Assembly (NCBI GenBank): GCA_045537795.1
Contig: JAZSQE010000068.1
Location: 56,252 to 120,251 of the forward strand
Direction: 5' to 3'
From: Kiritimatiellia bacterium
Lineage (GTDB): Bacteria > Verrucomicrobiota > Kiritimatiellia > RFP12 > UBA1067
DNA: 64,000 nt
The notes under the pieces were generated by a model. It had not been told where the DNA came from, ran no database searches, and saw only the letters and a program-made list of their open reading frames with translations. This document shows positions 15,500 through 24,793 of the stretch, in pieces. Made by a program: the position numbers and the translations under genes. How positions within the stretch are numbered: position 1 is the first letter of the stretch; each line of letters opens with the position of its first letter.

Positions 15500-17058
15500 C
15501 AGAACGCCCAGCCTTCGCGGATAAAGGGCTTGATGAAGCCGTTGGCCTTTTCGTTGTCGAACTTCTGCGCGGCGCTGTTCCACGCGAGCTTGACGCCCTT
15601 GCCCATGCGCTGGGCCATGCAGCCGACGAGGATGCCTTCCATCTGCGGAATGCAGAACTCGATGTCGGAGAAGCAGCGCGAGTGCGTCTGCTCGTAGTAA
15701 TTGCCTTCCCCGCGGATGGCGAGCATGAATTCGCCGTAGTGACCTTCGGCGAAGCCCTTCATCTCCACGGTCGACTTGCCGCCTTCGACCTTGGCCGAAG
15801 AACCTTCGCAGAACGGGATCGAACGCTTTACGACCTTGGCGGCCTCGTGCTGGAAGATGTCGATGAACTTCTTGTCGTCGTTGAGGGCGATAGCGCACTT
15901 TGCGCCGTAGTCGTCCTGCATAAGGACCGCGCCCTTCGAACCGATGATGTAGCAACCTGTGTTCGGGACCTTACCGCCGTTGACAGAAGCCCACTTGGGC
16001 ATAATCTCAGCCTTGGGCTTGAGATCGCCGTCGTACCAATAGAAGTCGACCTTCGGAAGCTTCACGCCGGGACGCACTTTCGATTCGCGCGCGCTGTAGA
16101 CCATCTTAACGACCGATCTCGACGGGAAGGAGATGTCGTTCCACTCATCGACCTCGATCATCTCGGCCGTCTCGACGGCTCCGAGCTCAAGCCCGCGGAA
16201 CGGAAGGTTCATCGTATGGCAGGCCATATCGCCGAACGCGCCCGCGCCGAAATCATAGAACCCGCGCCAGCTGAACATGTGATAGACGTTCTGGCACAGA
16301 CCCCACGGATCGTAGCCCTTCATGCCCGGCTTGTACGCGCCCTTGAAGTTGCGCATCTTGGCGGTGCCGATCCACGAGTTCCAGTTAAGCCCGCGGTCGA
16401 TCGCGTCAGCCTTGCCCTTGGTGGATTCGGCCGCCTTGAGACCCTGGGGCCACACGGGACGGTTCGTCCAGACGTGAACTTCGGTGATGTCGCCGAGAAT
16501 GCCGCTCTGAATGACTTCGGTGCAGCGGCGCATCGAATCGAGCGAGGAGCCCTGGTTGCCCATCTGAACGATGACGTTGTTCTCCTTGGCGGTTTCTTCG
16601 AAGTACTTGTTCTCCCAGAGTGTTCTGACGAGAGGCTTCTGGACGTAGACGTGAATACCCTGCTTCATCGCGCCGATCGCGATAGCCGCATGGACATGGT
16701 CGGGCGTAGAAACGGTCATCGCCTGAATACCGAGAACGCCGGCGTCATCGAGAAGCTTGCGGTAGTCGGTATAGAACGGGATGCGGCTCATATCAAGGTC
16801 GATGCCGTCGCGGATAAGAGCCATCTGGGCCTTTTCGCGCTGCGTGTAATCGGCATCGCAGAAAGCGACCATCTCGGCGAGGCCCGTCTTGATCATCGGA
16901 ACCCAGTCGCTGTAACCCTTACCCATGACGCCTACGGCGGCAAGACGGATCTTTCCGTTGCCGCTGCGTCCGATTGAAAAACATCCGCCTGCACCAAGCG
17001 CCGCAACACCGGCCATTCCGCGCAGAAAACCTCTTCTTGAAGAATTAATCATTTTCAC
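15499..17058 (-). CDS. Tat-exported Gfo/Idh/MocA family oxidoreductase (519 aa)
   Basis: The Tat/lipobox N-terminus is SSRRGFLRGMAGVAALGAGGC. It is followed by IRLAAVGVMGKG (Rossmann fold) and ..VSTPDHVHA.. ..VYVQKPL.., the Gfo/Idh/MocA signature EKP-type region. Confidence 0.85.
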   Translation of the reverse strand: MKMINSSRRGFLRGMAGVAALGAGGCFSIGRSGNGKIRLAAVGVMGKGYSDWVPMIKTGLAEMVAFCDADYTQREKAQMALIRDGIDLDMSRIPFYTDYRKLLDDAGVLGIQAMTVSTPDHVHAAIAIGAMKQGIHVYVQKPLVRTLWENKYFEETAKENNVIVQMGNQGSSLDSMRRCTEVIQSGILGDITEVHVWTNRPVWPQGLKAAESTKGKADAIDRGLNWNSWIGTAKMRNFKGAYKPGMKGYDPWGLCQNVYHMFSWRGFYDFGAGAFGDMACHTMNLPFRGLELGAVETAEMIEVDEWNDISFPSRSVVKMVYSARESKVRPGVKLPKVDFYWYDGDLKPKAEIMPKWASVNGGKVPNTGCYIIGSKGAVLMQDDYGAKCAIALNDDKKFIDIFQHEAAKVVKRSIPFCEGSSAKVEGGKSTVEMKGFAEGHYGEFMLAIRGEGNYYEQTHSRCFSDIEFCIPQMEGILVGCMAQRMGKGVKLAWNSAAQKFDNEKANGFIKPFIREGWAF

Positions 17059-17086
17059 TCCTTGTTGTTTTTATTTTACGATTTTA

Positions 17087-18628
17087 TCAAACGACGATGT
17101 CCCAGCCGTTGCGGTAGTGATCGCGTTTGAACGAAAGCCCCTTGACGTTGCAGCCCTTGATCTCCATCTTCTCGCCGTCCCAGTCGAACCCGGTGTCGTA
17201 CTGGTAGGACATGTTGCAGAGAATGCAGAGAACGCCGCTGCGGGCGCCGGTCTCGGCGTCGGAAACGGGGAGCTTGCGCGATTCGACACACTCGACGAAG
17301 TTGAGCACCTGATTGACCGAACGATAAAGCTGAACCTTCGCGTTCTTGATGTCGAACTTCTTCATGAGCTTGTCGAGAGCGGCCGCGAGACGATTGTCCG
17401 TCTTGACGATCGCGTCGGTGCCGTAATCCTTGCCGACGGATTCGGCGACGATCTTGTCCTTCATGAAGGTCGCGTCCTGAAGCGCCTTGCGCACCGCCGC
17501 ATCCGGCTTGACGAGACCCGTGCCCTTCCAGACCGCGATCTTGCCGCGGTTGACGGCGACGATGCCGTCGGTGCCGTAGAAGACCGTACCCCAGACGCCG
17601 AAAGGTCCGTGGTAGAGCTCGACGTCGCCGTAGGGCTTCTTGAAGAGCATCTTCATGCCGTACTGGCGGCGGCCGCCGTGGAAGAGGTCGGTCGAATGCG
17701 GCTCGTCGGAGCGGATGATCTTGTACGGGCCGCTGCGGTCCATGTCAAGACCCCACTGCGCGATATCGAGATGATGCGCGCCCCAGTCGCCGTTGTAGCC
17801 GGTGCCGATGTCGTCGTCGAAACGCCAGAACATCGGATAGAAGTGGTTGACGCCGCGCGGAGCGAGCTGATCGGAATACGGCCGCCATTTCGCGGGCCCG
17901 AGCCACATGTTCCAGTCGCAGTCGGGATTCGGCGCGCCTTCCTTGGCGGCGTTCTCAGGCTTGTCGTAGAAGCGCATCGGGTGCGAAGGACCGCCGAGCT
18001 TCTTGCCGCCGATGCCGAAGTTGGCGTCGACATACTTCACCTCGCCGATGCCGCCGTTGCGCACGATCATGCACGCGACCCAGAATTCGGAAAGTTTCGA
18101 CCAGCTGCGCTGCATGGAGCCGACCTGAAAGACGCGGTCATACTTCTTCTGGGCGGCGATGATCTTCTGCGCTTCCTCGACGCTGAAAGCGAGCGGCTTT
18201 TCACAGTAGACGTCCTTGCCGTGCTTCATCGCCTCGACGCTCATGTAGGCGTGCCAGTGATCGGGCGTGCCGATGCAGACCATGTCGATCGTCGGATCGG
18301 CGAGAACCTCGCGGAAGTCGGCGACGGCCTTGCAGTTGTTCGTGCCGTAGGCATCGTTGACCTGCTTGGCGCCGGCGGCCGCGCGCACGCGGTCGCAGTC
18401 GCACACGGCGACGATCTCGACCGAATCGCGGACCTTCTTCGTGGCTCCGCCGTTTCCGAGGAACTGCGGGATGAGAGCCGTGCGCATCTGAATGCCGTAG
18501 CCTATCATCGCGGCGCGGCGTTTTTCACCGCTCTTGAGTGGCCTCAGACCTGTCTTGGCCGTGGCGCATCCGGCGAGAGCGCTCGCCGCCGCCGAACCGA
18601 GAAGAAAGCCTCTTCTGTTGATTTTCAT
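17087..18628 (-). CDS. Tat-exported Gfo/Idh/MocA family oxidoreductase (513 aa)
   Basis: The N-terminus is MKINRRGFLLGSAAASALAGC. The sequence also contains ..IGTPDHWHA.. and ..VYCEKPLA... Confidence 0.85.
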   Translation of the reverse strand: MKINRRGFLLGSAAASALAGCATAKTGLRPLKSGEKRRAAMIGYGIQMRTALIPQFLGNGGATKKVRDSVEIVAVCDCDRVRAAAGAKQVNDAYGTNNCKAVADFREVLADPTIDMVCIGTPDHWHAYMSVEAMKHGKDVYCEKPLAFSVEEAQKIIAAQKKYDRVFQVGSMQRSWSKLSEFWVACMIVRNGGIGEVKYVDANFGIGGKKLGGPSHPMRFYDKPENAAKEGAPNPDCDWNMWLGPAKWRPYSDQLAPRGVNHFYPMFWRFDDDIGTGYNGDWGAHHLDIAQWGLDMDRSGPYKIIRSDEPHSTDLFHGGRRQYGMKMLFKKPYGDVELYHGPFGVWGTVFYGTDGIVAVNRGKIAVWKGTGLVKPDAAVRKALQDATFMKDKIVAESVGKDYGTDAIVKTDNRLAAALDKLMKKFDIKNAKVQLYRSVNQVLNFVECVESRKLPVSDAETGARSGVLCILCNMSYQYDTGFDWDGEKMEIKGCNVKGLSFKRDHYRNGWDIVV

Positions 18629-18654
18629 GTCGGGTGTTTTCCTTTCGTCTTCTT

Positions 18655-19983
18655 TTATTTTCTAAGATACGCGCTGTACGCACGATAAGTCTGCCAGCAG
18701 TCGAAGGCGCTCGCGAGCTCCCACGGCGCGTGCATGTTCCACAGCCCGGTGCCCATATCGAGAACATCCATGCCGAAACGCGCCATATACTGCGAAATCG
18801 TGCCGCCGCCGCCCTTCTCCATCTTGCCGAGCTCGGCCATCTGCCAGACGACTTTTTCATCATCCATGATCTTGCGGATCTTTGCGACAAATTCGGGCGA
18901 ACAGTCGCTCGCGCCGCCCTTTGAAGTGCCGCCCGTATACTTCGACGCGCAAGGCCCCTTGTGGAAGGACGCGCTGTTGCCGGTCGAATCGACATCTGGA
19001 AAATGCGGATCGGCGACGGCCGTTACGTCGGCTGAGAGCATCGAACTCTTTTCGAGAGCACGTCTGACCATGATGTCGCGGGCTCTCTTCTCCTGACGTT
19101 CGATCATTTCGGCGACCGTATTCTCGAAGAACGAGCTCTGCATGCCCGTGGCGCCCATCGAGCCGACCTCCTCCTTGTCGCACATCAGCATCGAGGCCGT
19201 CACCTCGGGCGTCGAAGCCGCCGCATCGAGAAGCGCCGTCAGCGCGGCGAACGAGCAGACGCGGTCGTCGTGGCCGTAGCCCGCGATAAGGGCTTTGTCG
19301 AGACCGACGTAGCGGGGCATCCCAGCGGGAACGATCTCAAGCTCGGCCGAAAGAAGATCTTCTTCTGTCACCTTATACGTCTTCTTGAGATACGCGACCA
19401 GCGCCTGTCGAGGCTTTTCACCGCTCGTCCAGCAGACGACGTCGAGATCTTCGGCCGGAAAGAATTCGTTCGCTTTTTTCTTCTCCTGATCCTTGCCGAG
19501 ATGAGGCAGAATGTCGGAGATCATGAAAACGGGATCGTCCGGAGCGTCTCCGACGGCGACCTCGACCTTGGAGCCGTCCTTGCGCACGATCGTCCCGTAA
19601 AGCGCGAGCGGAAGCGTGAGCCACTGGTATTTCTTAATCCCGCCGTAGATGTGGCAGTCGAAATAAACGTAGCCGCCTTTCTCGTAAAGCGGTTTCGGCT
19701 TTAGATCGAGTCTCGGCGCGTCGGTGTGGCCGCCGACGACCTTGATGCCCGCTTCGGAAATTTTCTTTTTGCCGATGACGGCGGCCATGATCGTGCGGTC
19801 GCAGTATCCGCGATAGACCTTGTCTCCCGGCTTGAGCGTCTTGAAAGCCGATATGTCCCTGAAACCTTTTGATTCGAGAAGTCTGAGACTTTCGAAATAA
19901 CTTCTGCGTGCCGTTTTGGCGGCACCGAGATAACGCATGTACTCGCTGCAGTATTTCGACTCGGAGATATAATCCATCTTCAT
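18655..19983 (-). CDS. M18-family aminopeptidase
   Basis: VVGGHTDAPRLDLKPKPLYE and YGGIKKYQWLTLPLALYG resemble clostridial/Thermotoga-type M18 aminopeptidase 1. I chose the start at MKMDY (ATG 19983); 20007 or 20049 remain possible. Confidence 0.78.
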   Translation of the reverse strand: MKMDYISESKYCSEYMRYLGAAKTARRSYFESLRLLESKGFRDISAFKTLKPGDKVYRGYCDRTIMAAVIGKKKISEAGIKVVGGHTDAPRLDLKPKPLYEKGGYVYFDCHIYGGIKKYQWLTLPLALYGTIVRKDGSKVEVAVGDAPDDPVFMISDILPHLGKDQEKKKANEFFPAEDLDVVCWTSGEKPRQALVAYLKKTYKVTEEDLLSAELEIVPAGMPRYVGLDKALIAGYGHDDRVCSFAALTALLDAAASTPEVTASMLMCDKEEVGSMGATGMQSSFFENTVAEMIERQEKRARDIMVRRALEKSSMLSADVTAVADPHFPDVDSTGNSASFHKGPCASKYTGGTSKGGASDCSPEFVAKIRKIMDDEKVVWQMAELGKMEKGGGGTISQYMARFGMDVLDMGTGLWNMHAPWELASAFDCWQTYRAYSAYLRK

Positions 19984-20121
19984 GGATGCGATTATATCAA
20001 AATTCATCCCGTTCTTGCAATGCGGCGAGCACGCTATTTTGCACCGCATGCGCTCTTGCGCGCCGCAGCGGCGGTTTCATTCCTCGCGCTCCTTCCGCAT
20101 CGTAACGGACGCCGGGGGATG

Positions 20122-20616
20122 TCAGCCCCTGAATATGAAGAATTTGCGGATGCAGAAATTGACGGCGAAAGAGACGACCACCTCGACGAGAACGGCGAGA
20201 GTCGTCATCAGACCGCACCAGTTTATGAGCGCGGCGCTGAAACCGAGGGCGAGCAGCATCGCCGCCGTCGAGACGGAGAAAAACATCGCAAGCTCCGCAT
20301 ACCAGCGAAACTTGCCGGGCCTGAAGACGAACCGTCTGTTCATCAGCCAGCAGAAAACGTTGGCGATGACGAACCCGACCCCCGTCGCCACCATGAACCT
20401 GAACGCCCTGAGGGAATCGGAAATGTCGACGCCGGGAAGGAAAAGATGCTTCACCGCGAAATCATCCGCCTTTAGACACTGAAAGCACGTTGCCGCGAGG
20501 AGATAGAAGACGGCCGTCTGGACGATCGTCGACATGACGCCTATGACGCCGTATTTGACGAACTGCCAGAACGGCCCGCAGTCGTGGGAAAGAATCTTTT
20601 TGACGTAATCAAACAT
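20122..20616 (-). CDS. GtrA-family membrane protein
   Basis: The 164-aa protein has four predicted TM helices. FVKYGVIGVMSTIVQTAVFY and NRRFVF are typical of the GtrA family. It overlaps the stop of the upstream gene by 8 nt. Confidence 0.75.
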   Translation of the reverse strand: MFDYVKKILSHDCGPFWQFVKYGVIGVMSTIVQTAVFYLLAATCFQCLKADDFAVKHLFLPGVDISDSLRAFRFMVATGVGFVIANVFCWLMNRRFVFRPGKFRWYAELAMFFSVSTAAMLLALGFSAALINWCGLMTTLAVLVEVVVSFAVNFCIRKFFIFRG

Positions 20617-22096
20617 TCAGCGCCGAGGCGTCTTTCTTCGCCTCGTTGAACTCGCCCATGCGCGCGAGGTCGACGTCGACGATGCCGAGAGGCTTGGCGC
20701 TCTTCCACCCGCCCTTGGTGAAATCCGGGACATCGACCGACGCAGAGCGGTTTCTGACGCTCTTCTCGCTGAGTTCGGCGAGACAGCACCACGAAGCGAG
20801 ATCGTAGACGTCCGTGTCGAGCGCAAGACCGTTCTGCAGGCAGTAGCACCACCTGAGATCCATCAGGAAATCCATGCCTCCGTGGCCACCGACCTTCTTG
20901 GCGAATTCGCCGGCGCGCTTCCAGAGAGGATGTTTGTACTGCTCGCGGATCGCCTGCGTCTTCTTGTGATCGAAATACGCGTGAGCGCCGGCGCCCGGCT
21001 TTTCCTCCCAGCAGAAGTGGCAGACATTGCCGTTCTTGATGACGTTCTCGGGATTTGTCACGAAGTCAATGCCGTTGAAGATGCCTTTCGTGCCCGTGCA
21101 GACGTTCAGGCGCGAGTAGGGACGCGGCGAAGAGACATCGTGCTGAACCATGATCGAACGCCCGAGCGCCGTCTTGATGAGCATCGTGTTCATATCGCCC
21201 ATCGCGATCTTGAGCGAGTCTTTCCACTTGTGACCGGGGAAGTTCGCCTTAGCGTAGCTCTCGAAATTGAACTGGTTCGACTCAAGCGAGACGAGATAAT
21301 CGAAGCGGTCGCCCCGGTTGATGTTCATGTACTGGCAGATGGGGCCGAGACCGTGCGTGTCGTAATGGTTGCCTTTATGCTTGGCGTTGTGCCTGAGGCG
21401 CCAATAGTCGGCATAGCCCGACTTCGACCACTCCGGCTTCGGAGCCCAGTCGGCATAACACAGCGAGCGCAGATCGTGGATGTACGCGCCTTCGCCGTGG
21501 ACGATCTCGCCGAGGAGCCCCTTTCTGACGAGGCTGAGGCAGAGCATTTCGGGTTCGCCGTAGCAGCAATTCTCGAGCTGCATGCAGTGGCGGCGCGTGC
21601 GCTCGGCCGTTTCCACGAGAGCCCAGCACTCGTCGACGGTGAACGCGGAGGGCACCTCGACCATGACGTGCTTGCCGTGCTCCATCGCGTAGAGCGCGAT
21701 CGGCACGTGCATATTCCAGCTGGTCGTGTTGTAGACGACATCGATGTCGCTGTCGCAGAGAGCCTTCCACCCTTCAGCGCCGGTATATTCCTTCGCGGCG
21801 GGATGGCCGTTTTTCCTAAGCCATTCGCTCTGCGCGGCGACGCGCTCGGGATAGATGTCGCAAAGGGCCGCCACTTCGACGCCCGGAATCGCCGAGAGGC
21901 GGTGCACCGCGCCGGGACCGCGCATACCCAGACCGACCACGCCTACGCGAATCTTCTTGAGCGCGGGAGCGGCGAAACCCTGCATGTTGCCGGCGACTTC
22001 CGTCAGTTTGAAAGGCGCGGCCATGCCTTCTGCGGCGATCGCCGCCGCGCCCATCCACGCGGTACCCTTGATAAAATCTCTACGATTCGATTCCAT
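20609..22096 (-). CDS. Tat-exported Gfo/Idh/MocA oxidoreductase-fold protein, GH109-like (NAD-dependent glycosidase family)
   Basis: The N-terminus is MESNRRDFIKGTAWMGAAAIAA. The sequence contains IRVGVVGLGMRG, ..HVMVEVP.. and HCMQLENCCYG. Length and motif order recall GH109 alpha-N-acetylgalactosaminidases. ATG 22096 is preceded by an AAAGGAG SD. Confidence 0.75.
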   Translation of the reverse strand: MESNRRDFIKGTAWMGAAAIAAEGMAAPFKLTEVAGNMQGFAAPALKKIRVGVVGLGMRGPGAVHRLSAIPGVEVAALCDIYPERVAAQSEWLRKNGHPAAKEYTGAEGWKALCDSDIDVVYNTTSWNMHVPIALYAMEHGKHVMVEVPSAFTVDECWALVETAERTRRHCMQLENCCYGEPEMLCLSLVRKGLLGEIVHGEGAYIHDLRSLCYADWAPKPEWSKSGYADYWRLRHNAKHKGNHYDTHGLGPICQYMNINRGDRFDYLVSLESNQFNFESYAKANFPGHKWKDSLKIAMGDMNTMLIKTALGRSIMVQHDVSSPRPYSRLNVCTGTKGIFNGIDFVTNPENVIKNGNVCHFCWEEKPGAGAHAYFDHKKTQAIREQYKHPLWKRAGEFAKKVGGHGGMDFLMDLRWCYCLQNGLALDTDVYDLASWCCLAELSEKSVRNRSASVDVPDFTKGGWKSAKPLGIVDVDLARMGEFNEAKKDASALNV

Positions 22097-22129
22097 TTTC
22101 TGAACTCCTTTCAATAAAGCGTTTGTTCA

Positions 22130-23527
22130 TCAAACGCCGCCGCGACCGCGCAGCGTACCGTGACTCAAGAAGCCGTCGTACTTTCTGACGAGAAGATGCG
22201 ACTCCATGATTCTCAAGGTATCGAGCGCGACGCCGACGATGATCAAAAGCGAGGTGCCGCCGAAGAACGACGCGACATCCCACGGAATGTTCATCCAGCC
22301 CATGAGAAGCATCGGGATGAGAGCGACGACAAGAAGCCCTGTGCCGCCGATCAGCGTGATCTTCGTCATCATGTCATCGAGATATTCTGCCGTGGCACGC
22401 CCCGGGCGGATGCCGGGCAGATACGAGCCGTCTTTCTTGAGGTTCTCGGAGATGTCGATCGCGTTGAACTGCGTCGCGACCCAGAAGAACGCGAAGAACA
22501 TGATGAGCGCGGCGTAGACGACGAGATGGAGCGTCGTCGGGTTGGAAAGATTCTGCGCGAAGCGGTAGAGCGCGCCGGAGAACCCTGTCGACGTCGCATC
22601 GGTCACCTTCATGATGAGCGCGCTCGGAATCTGGATGAGCGGCTGGGCGAAGATGATAGGCATTACGCCCGTATAGTTGACCCTCAGCGGCATGAACGTC
22701 TGCTGCATACCGTACGTATTGCCGCCGCCGACGCTGCGGCGCGTCGTGTGGATGGCGACCTTCCTGACGCCCTGCGTGAGCATCACCGTGCCCATGACGA
22801 CGAGGAGGAAGAAGATGACGAGGATCGGGAGTTCGGCGATCGGAGCCGAGGCCTGCACGCCCGCGAGACCGAAGTAACGCTCCCAAGCCTGAATGAGAGC
22901 CTGCGGCAGACGCGAGGTGATGTTGATCATGATGATGAGCGAAGCGCCGTTGCCTATGCCGAAGGTCGTGATCTGATCGGCGAGCCACATGACGAAGAGC
23001 GAGGCGCTCGTCATGCCGATGACCGTCATTAGGTGAAAGCCTATGCCGGGGTTGGTGACGATCTCGACACCGGCGAACGCAGGGCCGAGCGCGCCGGGGT
23101 GGCTGAGCATCGTGGCTATGCCCCACGACTGGACGACGCAGAGAACGATCGTGAGATAGCGCGTGATCTGCGCGAGCTGCTGACGGCCGCTCTCTCCTTC
23201 TTTCTTGAGCTTTTCAAGCGAGGGGATGACCGAACCGAGAAGCTGAATCACAATCGAGGCCGAGATGTAAGGCCAGATCGAGAGGAAGCCGATCGCGCAC
23301 TGCCCGAGGGCGCCGCCCGTGAAGACCTCGAACCAGTCGAGAAGACCGCCGCCCGTGGAACTCTCCTTGGCGATTTCAATGACGCGCTGAAGCGCCTGCC
23401 AATCGACGCCGGGGGTGGGAATCTGCGAAATCAGACGGCACACGAACACGAGCCCGAGCGTAATCAAGATTTTTTTGCGAAGCTCCGGGATGCGGAACGC
23501 GTTCGAAAAACCTTTCATCATCGACAT
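22130..23527 (-). CDS. secY: Preprotein translocase subunit SecY
   Basis: The N-terminus is FRIPELRKKILITLGLVFVCRLISQIPTPGV. The 465-aa protein has a 10-TM pattern and ..GTSLLIIVGVALDT.. near the C-terminus. Confidence 0.93.
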   Translation of the reverse strand: MSMMKGFSNAFRIPELRKKILITLGLVFVCRLISQIPTPGVDWQALQRVIEIAKESSTGGGLLDWFEVFTGGALGQCAIGFLSIWPYISASIVIQLLGSVIPSLEKLKKEGESGRQQLAQITRYLTIVLCVVQSWGIATMLSHPGALGPAFAGVEIVTNPGIGFHLMTVIGMTSASLFVMWLADQITTFGIGNGASLIIMINITSRLPQALIQAWERYFGLAGVQASAPIAELPILVIFFLLVVMGTVMLTQGVRKVAIHTTRRSVGGGNTYGMQQTFMPLRVNYTGVMPIIFAQPLIQIPSALIMKVTDATSTGFSGALYRFAQNLSNPTTLHLVVYAALIMFFAFFWVATQFNAIDISENLKKDGSYLPGIRPGRATAEYLDDMMTKITLIGGTGLLVVALIPMLLMGWMNIPWDVASFFGGTSLLIIVGVALDTLRIMESHLLVRKYDGFLSHGTLRGRGGV

Positions 23528-23569
23528 ATTTTTACCTTCTCCTTCTTTTATTGAAAAATTATCTCGCGT

Positions 23570-23578
23570 ATTTTACCA
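23570..23578 (-). promoter_or_regulatory. Extended -10-like element TGGTAAAAT for secY
   Basis: The reverse complement of attttacca is TGGTAAAAT. It is followed by a leader of about 35-40 nt carrying AAGGAGAAGG, then ATG 23527. Confidence 0.45.
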
Positions 23579-23638
23579 TAACCCGCCGACAACCGCAAGA
23601 CGCCGACGACCGCAAGCGCAACCTCCGGCGCGAATTTT

Positions 23639-23647
23639 TGGTATAAT
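23639..23647 (+). promoter_or_regulatory. Extended -10 promoter TGGTATAAT placed 8 nt before an ATG (leaderless-type arrangement)
   Basis: The sequence is TGGTATAAT-tggagact-ATG(23656). The GGAG lies only 3 nt from the ATG, so it is poorly placed to act as an SD. Confidence 0.5.
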
Positions 23648-23655
23648 TGGAGACT

Positions 23656-24783
23656 ATGAAACGGAAAATAAGATTCGCCATGGTCGGCGGAGCGCGCGCG
23701 TCGTTTATCGGCCCCATCCACCGCATGGCCGCCAAGATGGACGATTCGGCGCAACTGGTGGCCGGGTGCTTCTCGCGCGAGGCGCGCGAAAACGCCGCCA
23801 CGGGCAGAGAACTCGACCTGGATCCCGCCCGCGTCTACGCCGACTGGAAAAGTCTCATCGAAGGCGAAAAGGACAAAATCGACTTTATCACCGTCTGCAC
23901 ACCGAACGACTCGCACTACGCCGTGACGAAAGCATCCCTCGAGGCGGGGCTGCACGTCCTGTGCGAAAAGCCGCTCTCCCTGACAAGCCGCGAGGCGCAG
24001 ACCATCGAGAAGCTCGCCGCTGAAAAAAATCTCCTCGTCGCGGTGCCGTTCACGTATACGGGCTTTCCGATGATCAAGCTCGCGCGCGATCTCGTCCTTG
24101 CGGGCAAGCTCGGCAAGATCTGCAAGGTCCACGTCGAATACGTTCAGGGCAGTTTCAGAAAAATCGACTTCACAAAGCCCCTCGACAAACGCACCGCGTG
24201 GAAGATGAACCCCGAAAATTCGGGCCCGAGCTGCGTCGTCGCCGATATCGGCGTGCACGGAGCCAATCTCATCGAAACGATCACCGGTTTGAGCATAGAA
24301 AGCGTCCTTTCGGACATTTCCTCGTTCGCTCCCGGCAACACGCTCGATGACGACGCGTCGATCCTCATGCGGCTCGAAGGCGGCGTCAAAGCGGCGATGG
24401 TTACGTCGAAAATCGCCACGGGCGAAGAAAACGGCGTGCGCGTGCGCGTGTACGGCGACAAAGCGAGCCTCTTCTGGGATCAGGAGCGCCCGAACCGCCT
24501 GAGCGTGAAATACCCTCTCGAGCCCGAACGCATCTACAAGCGCAACGCCGCGTGTGTGCGCGCGATATCCCCGACGGCGGCGGCTTCAACGCGCATACCC
24601 GCCGGCCATGACGAAGGTTTCATCGAAGCGTTCGCCAACATCTACCGCGGCTTCACCGCCGCGATACGCGGAGAAAAGACGAAGGTGGACTTTCCGACGG
24701 CGCGCGAAGGCGTCAGAACCATGCGCTTTGTCGAAGCGGTTCTCAAATCCGCCAAAACCGGTTCAAAGTGGACAAAAGTTTGA
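23656..24783 (+). CDS. Cytoplasmic Gfo/Idh/MocA family oxidoreductase
   Basis: The N-terminus is MKRKIRFAMVGGARASFIG, followed by ..VCTPNDSHY.. and ..VLCEKPLS... There is no signal peptide. Confidence 0.85.
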   Translation: MKRKIRFAMVGGARASFIGPIHRMAAKMDDSAQLVAGCFSREARENAATGRELDLDPARVYADWKSLIEGEKDKIDFITVCTPNDSHYAVTKASLEAGLHVLCEKPLSLTSREAQTIEKLAAEKNLLVAVPFTYTGFPMIKLARDLVLAGKLGKICKVHVEYVQGSFRKIDFTKPLDKRTAWKMNPENSGPSCVVADIGVHGANLIETITGLSIESVLSDISSFAPGNTLDDDASILMRLEGGVKAAMVTSKIATGEENGVRVRVYGDKASLFWDQERPNRLSVKYPLEPERIYKRNAACVRAISPTAAASTRIPAGHDEGFIEAFANIYRGFTAAIRGEKTKVDFPTAREGVRTMRFVEAVLKSAKTGSKWTKV

Positions 24784-24793
24784 GTCAACGGCG

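Noticed and set aside
15500-15955. Several track ORFs carry long N-terminal extensions: 14255..15955, 30672..33782, 48184..50712, 51995..53614, 24554..25675, 29771..30649, 1552..2760, 2769..3803 and 18655..20049.
   Set aside because: The extensions lie inside the preceding gene in another frame and are Arg-rich nonsense. Each is followed by an internal start with a signal peptide or family-typical N-terminus, often forming an ATGA or TGATG overlap with the upstream stop. I trimmed the genes accordingly.
22130-23527. I considered whether this secY might be an accessory SecY2.
   Set aside because: There are no secA2, asp or glycosyltransferase accessory-Sec genes nearby. The sequence looks like a full-length canonical SecY. 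I therefore kept it as an unusual genomic context rather than a second system.
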